Shown: positions 8,806 to 20,063, counted from the first letter of the stretch. The stretch: 64,000 bases of DNA from an uncultured Bacilli bacterium (GCA_934140285.1 CAKPBI010000001.1:211515-275514); one strand, 5' to 3'. Notes: generated by a model from the sequence alone, not told the origin. A program made the numbers and translations.

Positions 8806-10464
8806 TCAAACTTTAAAACAACTTCCGCCAATAAATTCTCGTAATAAAGAATTACATGGAATTAAGTTTTCATCTTCAATTGGTCTAAAATACTTTAGAT
8901 ACTTAATTAGACGATTTGCGACTAAATATTCAGGATCAGTAGGTTTAATCTCTCTTAATGCAGGTAGAGCTTGAGTTCTAAGTACTGCAAGTTCATATGT
9001 TAATTCAGAGTTAAATACATAATTTGCTCCCTCTTGGTTAGGGTATATCCATTTAAATTCACCTTCACGTACTGATGACCACATGTTTATAGTTCCAGCA
9101 GCTGGACAATTTCTAAATTTCATATCACGAACTATACGTCTAATTAAACGTAAGTCTGTAGTAGAAAGAGGTGAATGGTTGTCAATATTAATTTGAGCCT
9201 GAGGAGCAATGTAAATTTTAAACTTTTGGTGTTTTGGAATAGAAGAAGTAAGTTTTTCATTTAAGGCATGAATTCCTTCAATAATAATTGGTGTATTATT
9301 ATCAATCTTAATTGTTTCACCAACCTCACGGATTCCTTTTGAGAAATTGAATATAGGAAGTGTTACTTCTTCACCATTAATTAAGTCAAATAGATTGCGA
9401 TTAAATAAGTCAATATCAAGAGTATTAATATGTTCTAGGTCAACCGCATCAGGAGTAGTGTTTTGAATTTTAGCAATTTCACTTCTAGTTAGATAGTAGT
9501 TATCCATAGATATCATAACAGGATTAATACCCTTTGACATTAGTTCAATTCTTAAACGATTACAAAAAGTAGTTTTGCCACTAGATGATGGTCCAGCTAT
9601 AGCTATTAATCTAATATTTTCAATATCTTTTGATATAATTTCTCCAAGTTCAGCTAACATATTGTTATGCTTTGATTCGCACATTTGAATGAAATCAACA
9701 ATATTTCCTTCTTCAATTTTTTTATTTATATCAACAATTGTTTGGCTATGAGTCATTTTACCCCATTTATAAGCTTGCCTAAGGGTTTTGCCGTATGTTG
9801 ATTCTTCAACAAAATGAGGAATCTTTGCACCTAACTCATATCTTGGGTATTGAATAATTAAGCCTGGGCTATAAGGCCTAATTACATATTCTTTTAAACA
9901 TCCAGTAGATGGAACTACATAAGCATTCATATAATTGTAATAATCTCCGACCTTATGTACATGGATGGTTTGATCAGGACGATATTTCAAAATATCAATT
10001 TTATCACAATGATTAAACTTATTATATAATTCAACTGCTTCTGGTTTAGTAATAGTAATTCTTTCAATTGGAAGATTTAATTTAATAATTCTCGCAACTT
10101 CCTTTTTAATTTCATCACATACATTTGTAATGTGAATGCCCTTTGAAAGTATTTCACACATAATAGAGCGTGAAACATTATAACTAAATCTAATATGAAG
10201 ATCAGGATATAAGTTATAAAAAGCCATCGCGATAACAAGTCTTAAACTTGCTTCATAGGCTTTTCCACCTTCCATAATCTCCAATCCTTTAAACTCAATA
10301 TGAGCTCCATTGTGTTTTTCTGTCAAACAAAATCTAAGCTCTTTTATTTGATTATTTATTTGACAAACTAAATAATTGGTTCTTTCAAAATCTGGTAGTA
10401 AGTCTAATACCATAGTTCCTTCCGGAACTTCTTTTTTAATTCCGTTAATAAAAATTTCTAGCAT
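8806..10464 (-). CDS. TGS-domain / uridine-kinase (P-loop NTP kinase) fusion protein
   Basis: N-terminal TGS-like MLEIFINGIKKEV; Walker A AIAGPSSSGKTTF in the central part. Confidence 0.65.
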   Translation of the reverse strand: MLEIFINGIKKEVPEGTMVLDLLPDFERTNYLVCQINNQIKELRFCLTEKHNGAHIEFKGLEIMEGGKAYEASLRLVIAMAFYNLYPDLHIRFSYNVSRSIMCEILSKGIHITNVCDEIKKEVARIIKLNLPIERITITKPEAVELYNKFNHCDKIDILKYRPDQTIHVHKVGDYYNYMNAYVVPSTGCLKEYVIRPYSPGLIIQYPRYELGAKIPHFVEESTYGKTLRQAYKWGKMTHSQTIVDINKKIEEGNIVDFIQMCESKHNNMLAELGEIISKDIENIRLIAIAGPSSSGKTTFCNRLRIELMSKGINPVMISMDNYYLTRSEIAKIQNTTPDAVDLEHINTLDIDLFNRNLFDLINGEEVTLPIFNFSKGIREVGETIKIDNNTPIIIEGIHALNEKLTSSIPKHQKFKIYIAPQAQINIDNHSPLSTTDLRLIRRIVRDMKFRNCPAAGTINMWSSVREGEFKWIYPNQEGANYVFNSELTYELAVLRTQALPALREIKPTDPEYLVANRLIKYLKYFRPIEDENLIPCNSLLREFIGGSCFKV

Positions 10465-10621
10465 AATCTCATTCCTTTTCTGTATATCAATATTATACGA
10501 TATTTTGATTTATTAATCAAGCAATTAACTATTGATAGGAAATTATTATTTAACAAAACACTAAACTACAAGTAATCTTTTTACGTTTTTTTTCTAAATG
10601 AAAAGAAAAAATAGGTTTTTG

Positions 10622-10650
10622 TTGACTTTTATTTTAAAATATGGTATCAT
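10622..10650 (+). promoter_or_regulatory. Sigma-A-type promoter for the rimP-nusA-infB operon
   Basis: TTGACT-17-TATCAT. Confidence 0.5.
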
Positions 10651-10726
10651 AATAATGTATGAGATATTAATTGTTGGTGAGCACGTTTAGTACTCACTTT
10701 TTAAATGTTTAGGAAAGGTGACAAAA

Positions 10727-11224
10727 ATGACTGTAAATTTAGAGGAAATGAAACGCCATACACTTAGTGTTTTGGAAAAACATCAAAAAGAATTAGTAAG
10801 TATAAAAAAAGTAAAAGAATATGGAATTGATAAAATAGTTATAATTATTGATGACCCAGAAACTTTTATTTTAGACATTGATGAAGTCGCGACTATCAAT
10901 GAAGAAATACTTGATTTAATTAATGACTTACTTCCAGATGGATACTATTTAGAGGTTTCAAGTTTAGGTGCTGAAAGAGAACTTGTAACAACCAAAGATT
11001 ATGAAAGAGCGTTAAATAAGTACATCTACATTTCAACATACCAAAAAATTAAAGAAGCAAGTAACTTAAAAGAGTTTTATGGATATTTACTAGCATATGA
11101 TGAAAGTACAGTTACAATAAATGCAGTTATTAAAACTAGAACAAAGGAAATAATAATAAATAAAGATAATATCGCAAAAATACGTTTAGCCGTAAATTTT
11201 AAGGAGAATGAAGAAAATGATTAG
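10727..11224 (+). CDS. rimP: Ribosome maturation factor RimP
   Basis: Conserved operon position; ATG at 10727 with RBS AGGAAAGGTGA (the track start at 10718 is GTG). Confidence 0.85.
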   Translation: MTVNLEEMKRHTLSVLEKHQKELVSIKKVKEYGIDKIVIIIDDPETFILDIDEVATINEEILDLINDLLPDGYYLEVSSLGAERELVTTKDYERALNKYIYISTYQKIKEASNLKEFYGYLLAYDESTVTINAVIKTRTKEIIINKDNIAKIRLAVNFKENEEND

Positions 11225-12299
11225 TAAGGGCTTTTATGAAGAATTAGTTAATATCGCAAATGAAAAACATTTAGAATTAGAAGATGTATTTAATGTTGTT
11301 ACGACAGCTATGATTAAAGCATGTAAACTTGAAGGTGCAAAAGGTGAAGTAACAGTTGAATTTAATGAAGAACAAAAGAAAATAAGAGTTTTCCAAACTT
11401 TTAGAGTTGTTGATGAAATTGATCCTGAAGGTCCTGAAGGTCAAATTCTATTAGATGAAGCTAAAGAAATGCGTGCAAGAGTTCGCTCAGGCTCAGAGTT
11501 TAGAACAGAAATTAGTATTAATTCAATCGGAAGAAAAGGGGCAACAAGATTTAAAGCTATCTTAATTCAAGGATTAAAAGAAGTTTGTGGTAAACGTGCA
11601 TTTGAATACTTTAGTTCAAAGGAAGGTGAAATTATTACCGCAACAATTGTTGGTGTAACTAACCGTGTTGTAATTGACCTAGGAATGGATACACATACCG
11701 TACTTCCAATTGAAGAGACTATCCCTGGTGAAAACTATGTAGTAGGTTCACAAATAAAGGTTTGTATTACAAAAGTAGAAGAAACTGGACGTGGACCAAA
11801 AGTATATGTATCAAGAACTCATCGTGATATAATTAAACGACTTCTTGAAACATATGTTCCTGAAGTTGCTAGTGGTGTAATTGAAGTAATTGGAATTGCT
11901 CGTGAACCTGGCAATCGTACAAAAATTGGAATTAAGAGTAATAACATAAATGTTGATGCTAAGGGTGCTTGTGTAGGTATTCAAGGTGCTCGTATTAAAC
12001 AAATCAACGAAGCATTAAATGGTGAAAGAATAGATATCTTTGAATGGAATGATGATCCAGTTAAATTAATTGCGGAATCACTTACGCCTGCTCGTGTAAT
12101 TAGTGTATTAATTAGTGATGGTGATGAAAAAAAATCAACAGTAATTGTACCTGATGATCAATTCTCACTAGCCATTGGACGTGGTGGACAAAATGCTCGT
12201 CTTGCTTCACAAGTTACAGGATGGAAAATTGATATTAGAAGTGAAAGCCAAGCCTACGAACAAGGTATTAAATTTAAACCAAATGTATATACAATTTAA
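11217..12299 (+). CDS. nusA: Transcription termination/antitermination factor NusA
   Basis: S1 plus two KH domains (GACVGIQGARIKQI); synteny. The start is probably the second ATG at 11217, 10 nt after AAGGAG. Confidence 0.9.
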   Translation: MISKGFYEELVNIANEKHLELEDVFNVVTTAMIKACKLEGAKGEVTVEFNEEQKKIRVFQTFRVVDEIDPEGPEGQILLDEAKEMRARVRSGSEFRTEISINSIGRKGATRFKAILIQGLKEVCGKRAFEYFSSKEGEIITATIVGVTNRVVIDLGMDTHTVLPIEETIPGENYVVGSQIKVCITKVEETGRGPKVYVSRTHRDIIKRLLETYVPEVASGVIEVIGIAREPGNRTKIGIKSNNINVDAKGACVGIQGARIKQINEALNGERIDIFEWNDDPVKLIAESLTPARVISVLISDGDEKKSTVIVPDDQFSLAIGRGGQNARLASQVTGWKIDIRSESQAYEQGIKFKPNVYTI

Positions 12300-12308
12300 G
12301 GTGATAAC

Positions 12309-12596
12309 GTGAAAGAACAACCAAAAGTTAAAAAGATTCCCCTTAGAAAATGTGTTGTAACAAACGAACAACACCCAAAGATGGAAATGTTCAGAGTGGT
12401 AAGAACTCCAGAAGGCAGTGTTGTTGTAGATATGACTGGTAAAGTTCGTGGACATGGAGCATATGTAACAAAAAATAAAGCGGTTATCTTAGCATCACAA
12501 AAGAAAAGAATTCTAGATAGACATCTAGAAACAATGGTTCCAGAAGAAATATATGCTCAAATGCTTGAAATTTTAGAGAAGGAAGGCAACAAATAA
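12309..12596 (+). CDS. ylxR: YlxR/RnpM (DUF448) RNA-binding protein
   Basis: IPLRKCVVT..MFRVVRTPEG motif; GTG start with RBS AAGGTGA. Confidence 0.85.
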   Translation: MKEQPKVKKIPLRKCVVTNEQHPKMEMFRVVRTPEGSVVVDMTGKVRGHGAYVTKNKAVILASQKKRILDRHLETMVPEEIYAQMLEILEKEGNK

Positions 12597-12597
12597 T

Positions 12598-12918
12598 TTG
12601 AACAAAGTATTTAATTATTTAGGTCTTGCTAAAAGAGCAGGAAAGTTAGTTCTTGGAACCGATGCAGTATTAAAAAATTTAAATCGAAATCATACACATC
12701 TAATTGTTTTAGCAAGTGATTCTTCACTAGGAACAATTGATAAAGTTGAAAAAAAGGCATTTTATTATAAAATACCAGTAATAAAAAAATATTCAACCGA
12801 TGAACTTGCCCAAGCTTTAGGAACATCAAATCCTAAGGTAATAGGAGTAAATGATTCTGGATTTACTAAAGCAATATTGGCTGAATTAGAAAGAGAAGGT
12901 AAAGCAAATGAAAGTTAA
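12598..12918 (+). CDS. ylxQ: L7Ae-family ribosomal-protein-like protein YlxQ
   Basis: [17 protein letters not shown] motif; synteny between ylxR and infB; TTG start. Confidence 0.8.
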   Translation: MNKVFNYLGLAKRAGKLVLGTDAVLKNLNRNHTHLIVLASDSSLGTIDKVEKKAFYYKIPVIKKYSTDELAQALGTSNPKVIGVNDSGFTKAILAELEREGKANES

Positions 12919-15292
12919 AGAGTTAGCAGAAATATTTAAGGTATCCCCAGCGGAACTTTTAAAAATTCTACCTAATGTTGGTGTTGATGTATCATTAAAA
13001 GAAGAAACAATGATTGATAAGGATGTTGAAAAGAAACTAGCAAAAAGATACAATGTTCCTTATCCATTTAAGAAGGCAGCACCAAAACCAAAACCAGTTG
13101 AAGCACCTCATGTTGCACAAAAACCAACAGTCGAAGAAAAGCCAAAACCAAAATCAACTCCTAAAGCTGCAGAAACTAAAAATAAACCTGCACAAAAGCC
13201 AACACCAGACTCAAAACCAAAACCTCGTGTAACTCCTAAACCAGCAACAGAGATACCTAAAAAACCAGTGGAAACTCCTCATGTTGTTAAAAAACCAATT
13301 GTTGAAGAAATTATTCAACCACGAGTAGATGAAGAAACTCTTGAAAAATATCAAGAATTCTTAGAAGATGATGAGTATAATATTACTCGCGAAAACAAAG
13401 GACGTGGACGTAGACAAACTCAAGGTGAAGAAAATCAAACTCCACATTCTAAGAAGAAAAATAACAACAAAAATAAACAATCAAAAAATAAAGAAAGACG
13501 AACAAGTAATATTCCAACCAAAGAAGATAAAGAAGATAATGTTTTATACTATGAAAATGGAATGACGGTAATGGAAATTGCGGAAGCAATGCATTTAAGT
13601 GTTACAGAACTAGTAAAGAAATTATTCGTTTCAATGGGTATTCTAGCTAATGCTACACAAAGCTTAGACAGAGATACAGCAGAACTTGTTGCCATGGAAT
13701 ATAACTATGAATTAAAAGACAAACAAATAACTGACTTAACTAGATTCGATGAAATGACATTTGATGACGATGATGAAAAAGATTTAGTGTCACGTCCAGC
13801 AATCGTTACAATCATGGGCCATGTTGACCATGGTAAAACTACACTACTTGATACTATCCGTAGTAGTCATGTCGTAAGTGGGGAAGCGGGTGGTATTACT
13901 CAACACATTGGTGCTTACCAAGTTGAAAAAAATGGTAAATTAATTACCTTCATAGATACTCCAGGACATGCTGCATTTACTGAAATGCGTGCAAGAGGTG
14001 CTCAAATCACTGATATAGTAGTATTAGTTGTTGCGGCTGACGATGGTGTAATGCCACAAACCAAAGAAGCAATTGAACATGCTCAAGCTGCTAATGTACC
14101 AATTATTGTTGCTATCAACAAGATGGATAAACCTGGTGTTAACCCTGATCGTATTAAACAAGAATTAACTGAATATGGTCTTCTTGCTGAAGAATGGGGT
14201 GGAGATACAATCTTTGTTCCAATCTCTGCACTAACAGGTAAGGGTGTAGATGAACTTCTTGAAATGATAATCTTAGTTAGTGAAATGAAAGATTATAAAG
14301 CTAATCCAAATAGACTTGGTACAGGTACTGTTATTGAAGCAAAACTAGATAAAGGTAAAGGTCCAGTTGCAACTCTACTTGTACAAAATGGTACAATAAA
14401 AATTGGCGATATTGTAGTAGTAGGTAATACTTATGGTAAAATTCGTGCTATGCAAAATGAACTAGGTCAACCTATTAAATCTGCTGGTCCATCAAAACCA
14501 GTTGAAATCACAGGCATCATGGAAGTTCCTTTTGCTGGTGAAAAGTTTGTTGTAATCAACGATGAAAGAAAAGCAAAAACTATTGCTGAAACTCGTGCAT
14601 TCAATAAGTTTAGTCAAGAAAAGAATGGTGCAAAAGCCGCATCATTAACTGATATCTTCAAAGGTGAAGATGATGGTTCAATCAAAACACTAAACTTAAT
14701 AATTAAGTGTGATGTTCAAGGTTCCATAGAAGCAATTAAAGGGCTTTTAGACAAAATCAAAATTGAAGGAACTAGAATCAATATTGTAGGTGCCCGTGTT
14801 GGTGGTATTACTGATAATGATATTAGTCTTGCGATTGCATCAAATGCTATTATAATTGGTTTCAATATTCGTCCACTTGCTCAAATCACTGATCTCGCAA
14901 AAGAAAAGGGTGTTGAAATCAGATTATACAATATTATCTACAAACTTCAAGAAGATATCGAAAATGCTGTTAAAGGTATGTTAGATCCAGTTTATGAAGA
15001 AAAAGAATCTGGACAAGCCGAAGTTAGAGAAACATTTAAAGTTAGTAAAGTTGGTACTATTGCTGGATGTTATGTACTAAGCGGAAGTTTTGTAAGAAAT
15101 GGCGGTGTACGTGTAGTTCGTGATAGTATAGTTGTATACACTGGAAAAATCGGCTCACTAAAACGTTTTAAAGATGATGTTAAAGAAGTAAAAGCCGGCT
15201 ATGAATGTGGTATAACTATTGAAAACTTTAATGACATTAAAGTTGGCGATATACTTGAATGTTTTGTAATGGAAGAAAAAGAGAGGGAATAG
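12908..15292 (+). CDS. infB: Translation initiation factor IF-2
   Basis: G-domain [21 protein letters not shown]; Lys/Pro-rich N-terminal linker. Confidence 0.97.
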   Translation: MKVKELAEIFKVSPAELLKILPNVGVDVSLKEETMIDKDVEKKLAKRYNVPYPFKKAAPKPKPVEAPHVAQKPTVEEKPKPKSTPKAAETKNKPAQKPTPDSKPKPRVTPKPATEIPKKPVETPHVVKKPIVEEIIQPRVDEETLEKYQEFLEDDEYNITRENKGRGRRQTQGEENQTPHSKKKNNNKNKQSKNKERRTSNIPTKEDKEDNVLYYENGMTVMEIAEAMHLSVTELVKKLFVSMGILANATQSLDRDTAELVAMEYNYELKDKQITDLTRFDEMTFDDDDEKDLVSRPAIVTIMGHVDHGKTTLLDTIRSSHVVSGEAGGITQHIGAYQVEKNGKLITFIDTPGHAAFTEMRARGAQITDIVVLVVAADDGVMPQTKEAIEHAQAANVPIIVAINKMDKPGVNPDRIKQELTEYGLLAEEWGGDTIFVPISALTGKGVDELLEMIILVSEMKDYKANPNRLGTGTVIEAKLDKGKGPVATLLVQNGTIKIGDIVVVGNTYGKIRAMQNELGQPIKSAGPSKPVEITGIMEVPFAGEKFVVINDERKAKTIAETRAFNKFSQEKNGAKAASLTDIFKGEDDGSIKTLNLIIKCDVQGSIEAIKGLLDKIKIEGTRINIVGARVGGITDNDISLAIASNAIIIGFNIRPLAQITDLAKEKGVEIRLYNIIYKLQEDIENAVKGMLDPVYEEKESGQAEVRETFKVSKVGTIAGCYVLSGSFVRNGGVRVVRDSIVVYTGKIGSLKRFKDDVKEVKAGYECGITIENFNDIKVGDILECFVMEEKERE

Positions 15293-15293
15293 T

Positions 15294-15632
15294 ATGGGAT
15301 ACCGTATTGACAGAATTGAAAAAATGATTGAAAAAGAATTAGCTGTAATCTTAATGACAGAAGCTAAATCAGAATTATTAAAGTATGTATCAGTAACTAA
15401 AGTAACGGTAACAAAAGATTTATCATTAGCTACTATTTGGTATACTGTTCTTGGTAGTGAATCAGAGCAAGCCGCTACAACAAATCAATTAATCAATGCG
15501 ACAGGATTTTTAAGAAGTGAACTTGCTCATCGTCTTGATTTAAGAAAAACACCAGAACTAAGATTTAAATATGATGAGTCTTTAGCTTATGGTAATAAAA
15601 TTGATGCGATACTTGAAAGCTTAAAAAAATAA
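15294..15632 (+). CDS. rbfA: Ribosome-binding factor A
   Basis: Size and synteny after infB. Confidence 0.85.
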   Translation: MGYRIDRIEKMIEKELAVILMTEAKSELLKYVSVTKVTVTKDLSLATIWYTVLGSESEQAATTNQLINATGFLRSELAHRLDLRKTPELRFKYDESLAYGNKIDAILESLKK

Positions 15633-15656
15633 ATTAAATTAAATAGGAGAAATGAT

Positions 15657-17462
15657 ATGTTACAAAGTGAAGTAAAAGAACGTATTAAGTTAAAGCTATC
15701 ACTTGTTCCTAAAAAACCAGGTTGCTATCAAATGAAAGATGAATCTGGAACCATAATATATGTAGGAAAAGCTAAAATATTACAAAATAGATTAAAGAGC
15801 TATTTTACTGGTTCACATGATTCTAAAACGACCAAAATGGTTCAAAATGTATATGATTTTGAATATATCATTACAAGCTCAGAAAAAGAAGCCTTTCTCC
15901 TTGAACTAAACTTTATAAAGGAATATCGTCCAAAGTATAACATTATGCTAATGGATGATAAAACATATCCATATATTGTCTTAACAAATGAAACTAATCC
16001 TCGTTTATTATTAACACGAGAAGTAAAGTTAAAAGGAAAAATGCGTCCATTAAAAATATATGGACCTTTTCCTAATGTTAAGGCATGTAGAGAAACAGTT
16101 GAAGTTTTAAACAAAATATATCCTTTTAGAAAATGCAACCACATTCCTAAGAAAAGTTGTTTATACTATGATATGCATCAATGCCTTGCACCTTGTGTTA
16201 ACACGATTACTAAAAGTGATTATACAAAGTATATATCAAGTGTTCAAGAAGTTTTATCAGGAAGTAATCAAACCCTTCTAAAAGAACTTAATGAAAAAAT
16301 GAATTATTGTGCAGAAAACTTAATGTTTGAAGAAGCTATTGAATATCGTAATATCATAAATAGTATAAGTGAACTTCTAACACCACAAAAGATGACCATA
16401 ACTGATGGAAAAGATCGTGATGTCTTTGGTTATTATGTTCATGATGGACTTGTATGTGTTCAAATTCTTCATATGCGTTCTGGAAAAATCATTGAACGTA
16501 CGGGTGAGGTATTTGATATCATTGACAATTTAGATGATATTTTATGCGAGTATCTATATGAATTTTATGATGCTAGAAGAGAGTTAAAACCTAGTGAATT
16601 GTTGATACCATATATTGAAGGATATGAAATACTTAATGAACTATTAGAAATAAATATTGTTGTTCCGATAAAAGGAATAAAAAAGCAATTAGTTAAACTT
16701 GGTTGTGAAAATGCTCAAAACAATTTGGAAAACCTTCAAAAAATGCGTTTAATTAAAATCAGCAAAACAACCAAACCAATAGAAGAATTAGGAACTATAC
16801 TAAATATTCCATATCCAGAAGTAATAGAAATCTTTGATAACTCTAACATCTCTGGAGCAAGCCCTGTTTCTGCTATGGTTACATATATCAATGGTTCACC
16901 TTCACCAAAAGATTACCGAAAATATAAAGTAAAAACGGTTAATGGGGCAGATGATTTCCATACTATGCAAGAAGTAATCTTTAGAAGATATAGTAGATTA
17001 CAAAAAGAAAATGGAAGAATGCCTAACCTAATTATTGTTGATGGTGGTAAACCTCAAGTAAAAGCCGCAAAGGAAATGTTACAAAAATTAAATCTTGAAA
17101 TACCTCTAATTGGTCTTGCAAAAGATGATAATCACCGTACAGACTCAATAGTGATGAGTAATTTTGAAGAAATACATCTTGATAAAACAAGTAATTTATT
17201 CTTAATTCTTACAGCAATGCAAGATGAAGTTCACCGTTTTGCGATAACATTTTTCAAACAAACACATACCAAAAATGCTTTTACATCCATTTTTGATAAT
17301 ATTGAAGGAATCGGAAAATCAAGAAAATTATTACTAATGAAAGAATTTGAAAATTTAACTGAACTTGAAAATACAAGTGTTGAAAAACTAAAAGCTTTAG
17401 GTTTACCAGAAAAACTTGCATTAAAGATACTAGATGTTGTTAAGAATCGTGACAAATCATAA
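15657..17462 (+). CDS. uvrC: Excinuclease ABC subunit C
   Basis: GIY-YIG segment GCYQMKDESGTIIYVGKAKILQNRLKSYF; C-terminal HhH. Confidence 0.95.
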   Translation: MLQSEVKERIKLKLSLVPKKPGCYQMKDESGTIIYVGKAKILQNRLKSYFTGSHDSKTTKMVQNVYDFEYIITSSEKEAFLLELNFIKEYRPKYNIMLMDDKTYPYIVLTNETNPRLLLTREVKLKGKMRPLKIYGPFPNVKACRETVEVLNKIYPFRKCNHIPKKSCLYYDMHQCLAPCVNTITKSDYTKYISSVQEVLSGSNQTLLKELNEKMNYCAENLMFEEAIEYRNIINSISELLTPQKMTITDGKDRDVFGYYVHDGLVCVQILHMRSGKIIERTGEVFDIIDNLDDILCEYLYEFYDARRELKPSELLIPYIEGYEILNELLEINIVVPIKGIKKQLVKLGCENAQNNLENLQKMRLIKISKTTKPIEELGTILNIPYPEVIEIFDNSNISGASPVSAMVTYINGSPSPKDYRKYKVKTVNGADDFHTMQEVIFRRYSRLQKENGRMPNLIIVDGGKPQVKAAKEMLQKLNLEIPLIGLAKDDNHRTDSIVMSNFEEIHLDKTSNLFLILTAMQDEVHRFAITFFKQTHTKNAFTSIFDNIEGIGKSRKLLLMKEFENLTELENTSVEKLKALGLPEKLALKILDVVKNRDKS

Positions 17463-17502
17463 CTACCCTGCATAATATAAAAATGAAAGTGTGGGGAAGA
17501 AG

Positions 17503-17715
17503 ATGTCAAGAAAAAATTTTTTAACAACCCGAGAAAGAGAAATTTTTGAATTGCTTGTCCAAAACTATGATACAGAATTAATAGCTGATAAATTTCATAT
17601 TAGTAGTAAAACTGTTAGAAATCATATATCAAATGTGATTCAAAAACTTGGTGTAAAAGGAAGAAGCCAAGCAATTCTTGAATTAATAAAAATGAACGAA
17701 CTAAAAATAAAATAG
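17503..17715 (+). CDS. gerE: GerE (LuxR-type HTH) sporulation transcription factor
   Basis: Near-colinear with B. subtilis GerE: REREIFELLVQ..SKTVRNHISN..QKLGVKGRSQAILEL. ATG at 17503 (track start 17491 is GTG). Confidence 0.8.
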   Translation: MSRKNFLTTREREIFELLVQNYDTELIADKFHISSKTVRNHISNVIQKLGVKGRSQAILELIKMNELKIK

Positions 17716-17731
17716 AAAGTAGGCGATTAGC

Positions 17732-18595
17732 TTGCAAACAGTATGGGGGAAAATAAGATCAATTAATCTAGATGAACGTATATTTGAAGTAAAAGTTAAA
17801 AATCGCATTGAATTTTTCTATTTTGGAAGAAGCCAATATAAAAGATTTAAACCATATCTTCATGAAGGCCTTTATGTACATTTCATTTGTAAAAATGAAA
17901 AGGTAAAAAAAGATAAATGTATGGCAAGAGAAGTAGTAAGTTTTACGAAATTAATGCGTCCTACATCTAGAGGTTTCATTACGTATTTTGATATTGATAT
18001 GATAAAAAAAGGAGTAAACAAACTTCTATCAAAAGATGCATATCGAATGTTTCTTGACCTAGAGTTTACAATGCCAAGTTATTCATATGTTCATGGGGCT
18101 GGATTTAAGCCTGAAATAATTCAATATGGTATTTATCTAGAAGATAGTGAAGGAAATGTTGTATTAACTGAACATAGTAATGTTTTACCATTTAATAAGA
18201 ATGATATTACAGATAGAACCTATGACTTCCTTAATTTGACAAAAAAAGATTTTAAATATGCCCAAACATATAATCAATTTTATAAAACATTTCAAGATAT
18301 TTTAACCATGTATCAACCAATTGTTTATGTGTGGGGAAGAAATGATATATATGTAATTGATCTTTCATGTGAAATGCATCACAAGCCAAAAATACTAGAA
18401 AAAAAGCAAGTAATCAATTTAATGCAAATAATTAAAAATTATTATAGTATTAAATCAGATATTGGCCTATTTAATGCATATGGTTTATTTGGCAAGCAAG
18501 CTCCTATTGTACAAGATCATGATTCTTTAAATGATGCTGTTGCTACATCAGAAGTGTTTCATTTATTTTTAGGAGAAATCAAAAATAATAAATAA
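17732..18595 (+). CDS. KapD-like DEDDh 3'-5' exonuclease with an N-terminal extension of about 100 aa
   Basis: Exo I motif DLEFT and Exo III motif HDSLNDAVATSEVF; TTG start, start codon uncertain. Confidence 0.6.
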   Translation: MQTVWGKIRSINLDERIFEVKVKNRIEFFYFGRSQYKRFKPYLHEGLYVHFICKNEKVKKDKCMAREVVSFTKLMRPTSRGFITYFDIDMIKKGVNKLLSKDAYRMFLDLEFTMPSYSYVHGAGFKPEIIQYGIYLEDSEGNVVLTEHSNVLPFNKNDITDRTYDFLNLTKKDFKYAQTYNQFYKTFQDILTMYQPIVYVWGRNDIYVIDLSCEMHHKPKILEKKQVINLMQIIKNYYSIKSDIGLFNAYGLFGKQAPIVQDHDSLNDAVATSEVFHLFLGEIKNNK

Positions 18596-18596
18596 T

Positions 18597-18643
18597 AAAG
18601 GTATTTATGAAGAAATAATCTTATAAATACCTTTTCTTTTATT
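18597..18643 (+). terminator. Rho-independent terminator
   Basis: AAAGGTATTTAT-N14-ATAAATACCTTT followed by TCTTTTATT. Confidence 0.8.
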
Positions 18644-18712
18644 CATATTGTTGGTTTTTTTCTAATTATGTGTTAAAATAGATGTATCGAAATTGAAATG
18701 AGGTAAAATACA

Positions 18713-20062
18713 ATGGAGAAAAAACAACTAAAACTGAATTATAAAAGAACCTTTTATATGGGTTTTGCCTTCTTCGCAATCTTAATGTTATGGCAAATGT
18801 ATAATTATTATTGCCCATTATTCTTAGAAGATTTACTTGGAAAAGATAAGACTTATTTAATCGGTATAATAATGGCAGCAGATAATATGTTTGCTGTAGT
18901 CATGCTTCCTCTATTTGGAGCACTATCAGATAAAACAAAATCAAAATGGGGCCGTCGTATGCCTTATATGGTAATTGGTATGGTATTATCAGCAATTGCT
19001 TTTCCTTTTGTTGCGGTTGCATATAGCTATAGTTCATTAACAGCAGTAATAATAATGATGTTAGTAATACTATTGATAATGAATGCATATCGTAATCCTG
19101 CGGTTGCATTAATGCCAGATGTAACCCCTAAACCTCTACGTTCACAAGCTAATGGTATCATTAATTTAGTAGGTTATATCGGTGCAGTAATTGGTGGTTT
19201 AATTGCAATGATTATTAAAATCTTCTTTAAAGATTTATCATCACAAGGTATTGCTGGCTTTTTAATTGCATCATTCTTTATGATTCTTGCGGTTGTAATC
19301 TTAATTCTAAAAATTAATGAACCTAAATTAGTAAAAGAAATGGAAGAAGAAATGGAAGAAGGAGAAAAGCTAAGTGAAAGTTTTACAAAAGAAGATACTT
19401 CTTCAAATGAAAAACGTACACTTTCAAAACAAGATAAAATTAACACCCTAATATTACTTTTCTCAGTTTTATTCTGGTTTATAAGTTTTAATGCTGTTGA
19501 ATCATTCTATAGTGTTTTCTGTAAAAAAACTTTTGGCGAAGAATCATTTGTAGGTACAATTGTAATGGCTGGTCTTCCACTATCTTCAATCTTAACTTTC
19601 TTATTTACAATCAATCTACCTGCAAAAATAGGCCGTAAAAAAACGGTTCTTTTAGGACTAGGATCTCTAATACTAGGTTTCTTAATAATCATCTTAGAAG
19701 GAGTATTTAATTGGTACAATCCAATTGTCTTCATTATTGCGATAATCATTTGTGGTATTGGTTGGGCTTTAATTAATGCTAATAGTTATCCAATGTTAGT
19801 TGAAGTATCAAATAAAGATAATGTTGGAAAATACACAGGATTATACTATACATTCTCAATGGTAGCTCAAAGTATTACACCAATTGTTGTTGGTATTTTA
19901 ATTACCGTACAAGGACACTACAAAATACTATTTATCTACGCTCTTGTTACAATGATTATGGCGGCTGTCATTTTCTCATTATTTAAGGAAAATAAAAATG
20001 CTAAGATTAAAATTAAAAAGGGCATGGAAAAATTTGAAGATACTGACGATCTAGATGAATAA
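18713..20062 (+). CDS. MFS transporter
   Basis: 12 hydrophobic helices; central charged loop. Confidence 0.75.
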   Translation: MEKKQLKLNYKRTFYMGFAFFAILMLWQMYNYYCPLFLEDLLGKDKTYLIGIIMAADNMFAVVMLPLFGALSDKTKSKWGRRMPYMVIGMVLSAIAFPFVAVAYSYSSLTAVIIMMLVILLIMNAYRNPAVALMPDVTPKPLRSQANGIINLVGYIGAVIGGLIAMIIKIFFKDLSSQGIAGFLIASFFMILAVVILILKINEPKLVKEMEEEMEEGEKLSESFTKEDTSSNEKRTLSKQDKINTLILLFSVLFWFISFNAVESFYSVFCKKTFGEESFVGTIVMAGLPLSSILTFLFTINLPAKIGRKKTVLLGLGSLILGFLIIILEGVFNWYNPIVFIIAIIICGIGWALINANSYPMLVEVSNKDNVGKYTGLYYTFSMVAQSITPIVVGILITVQGHYKILFIYALVTMIMAAVIFSLFKENKNAKIKIKKGMEKFEDTDDLDE

Positions 20063-20063
20063 A

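Noticed and set aside
8753-8974. 73-aa plus-strand ORF
   Set aside because: It lies antisense within the TGS-uridine-kinase gene and the trxA upstream region and has no independent support.
13080-13340. Repetitive KPKP/PKPK-rich DNA
   Set aside because: This is the normal low-complexity N-terminal linker of IF-2, not a repeat element or a CRISPR array.
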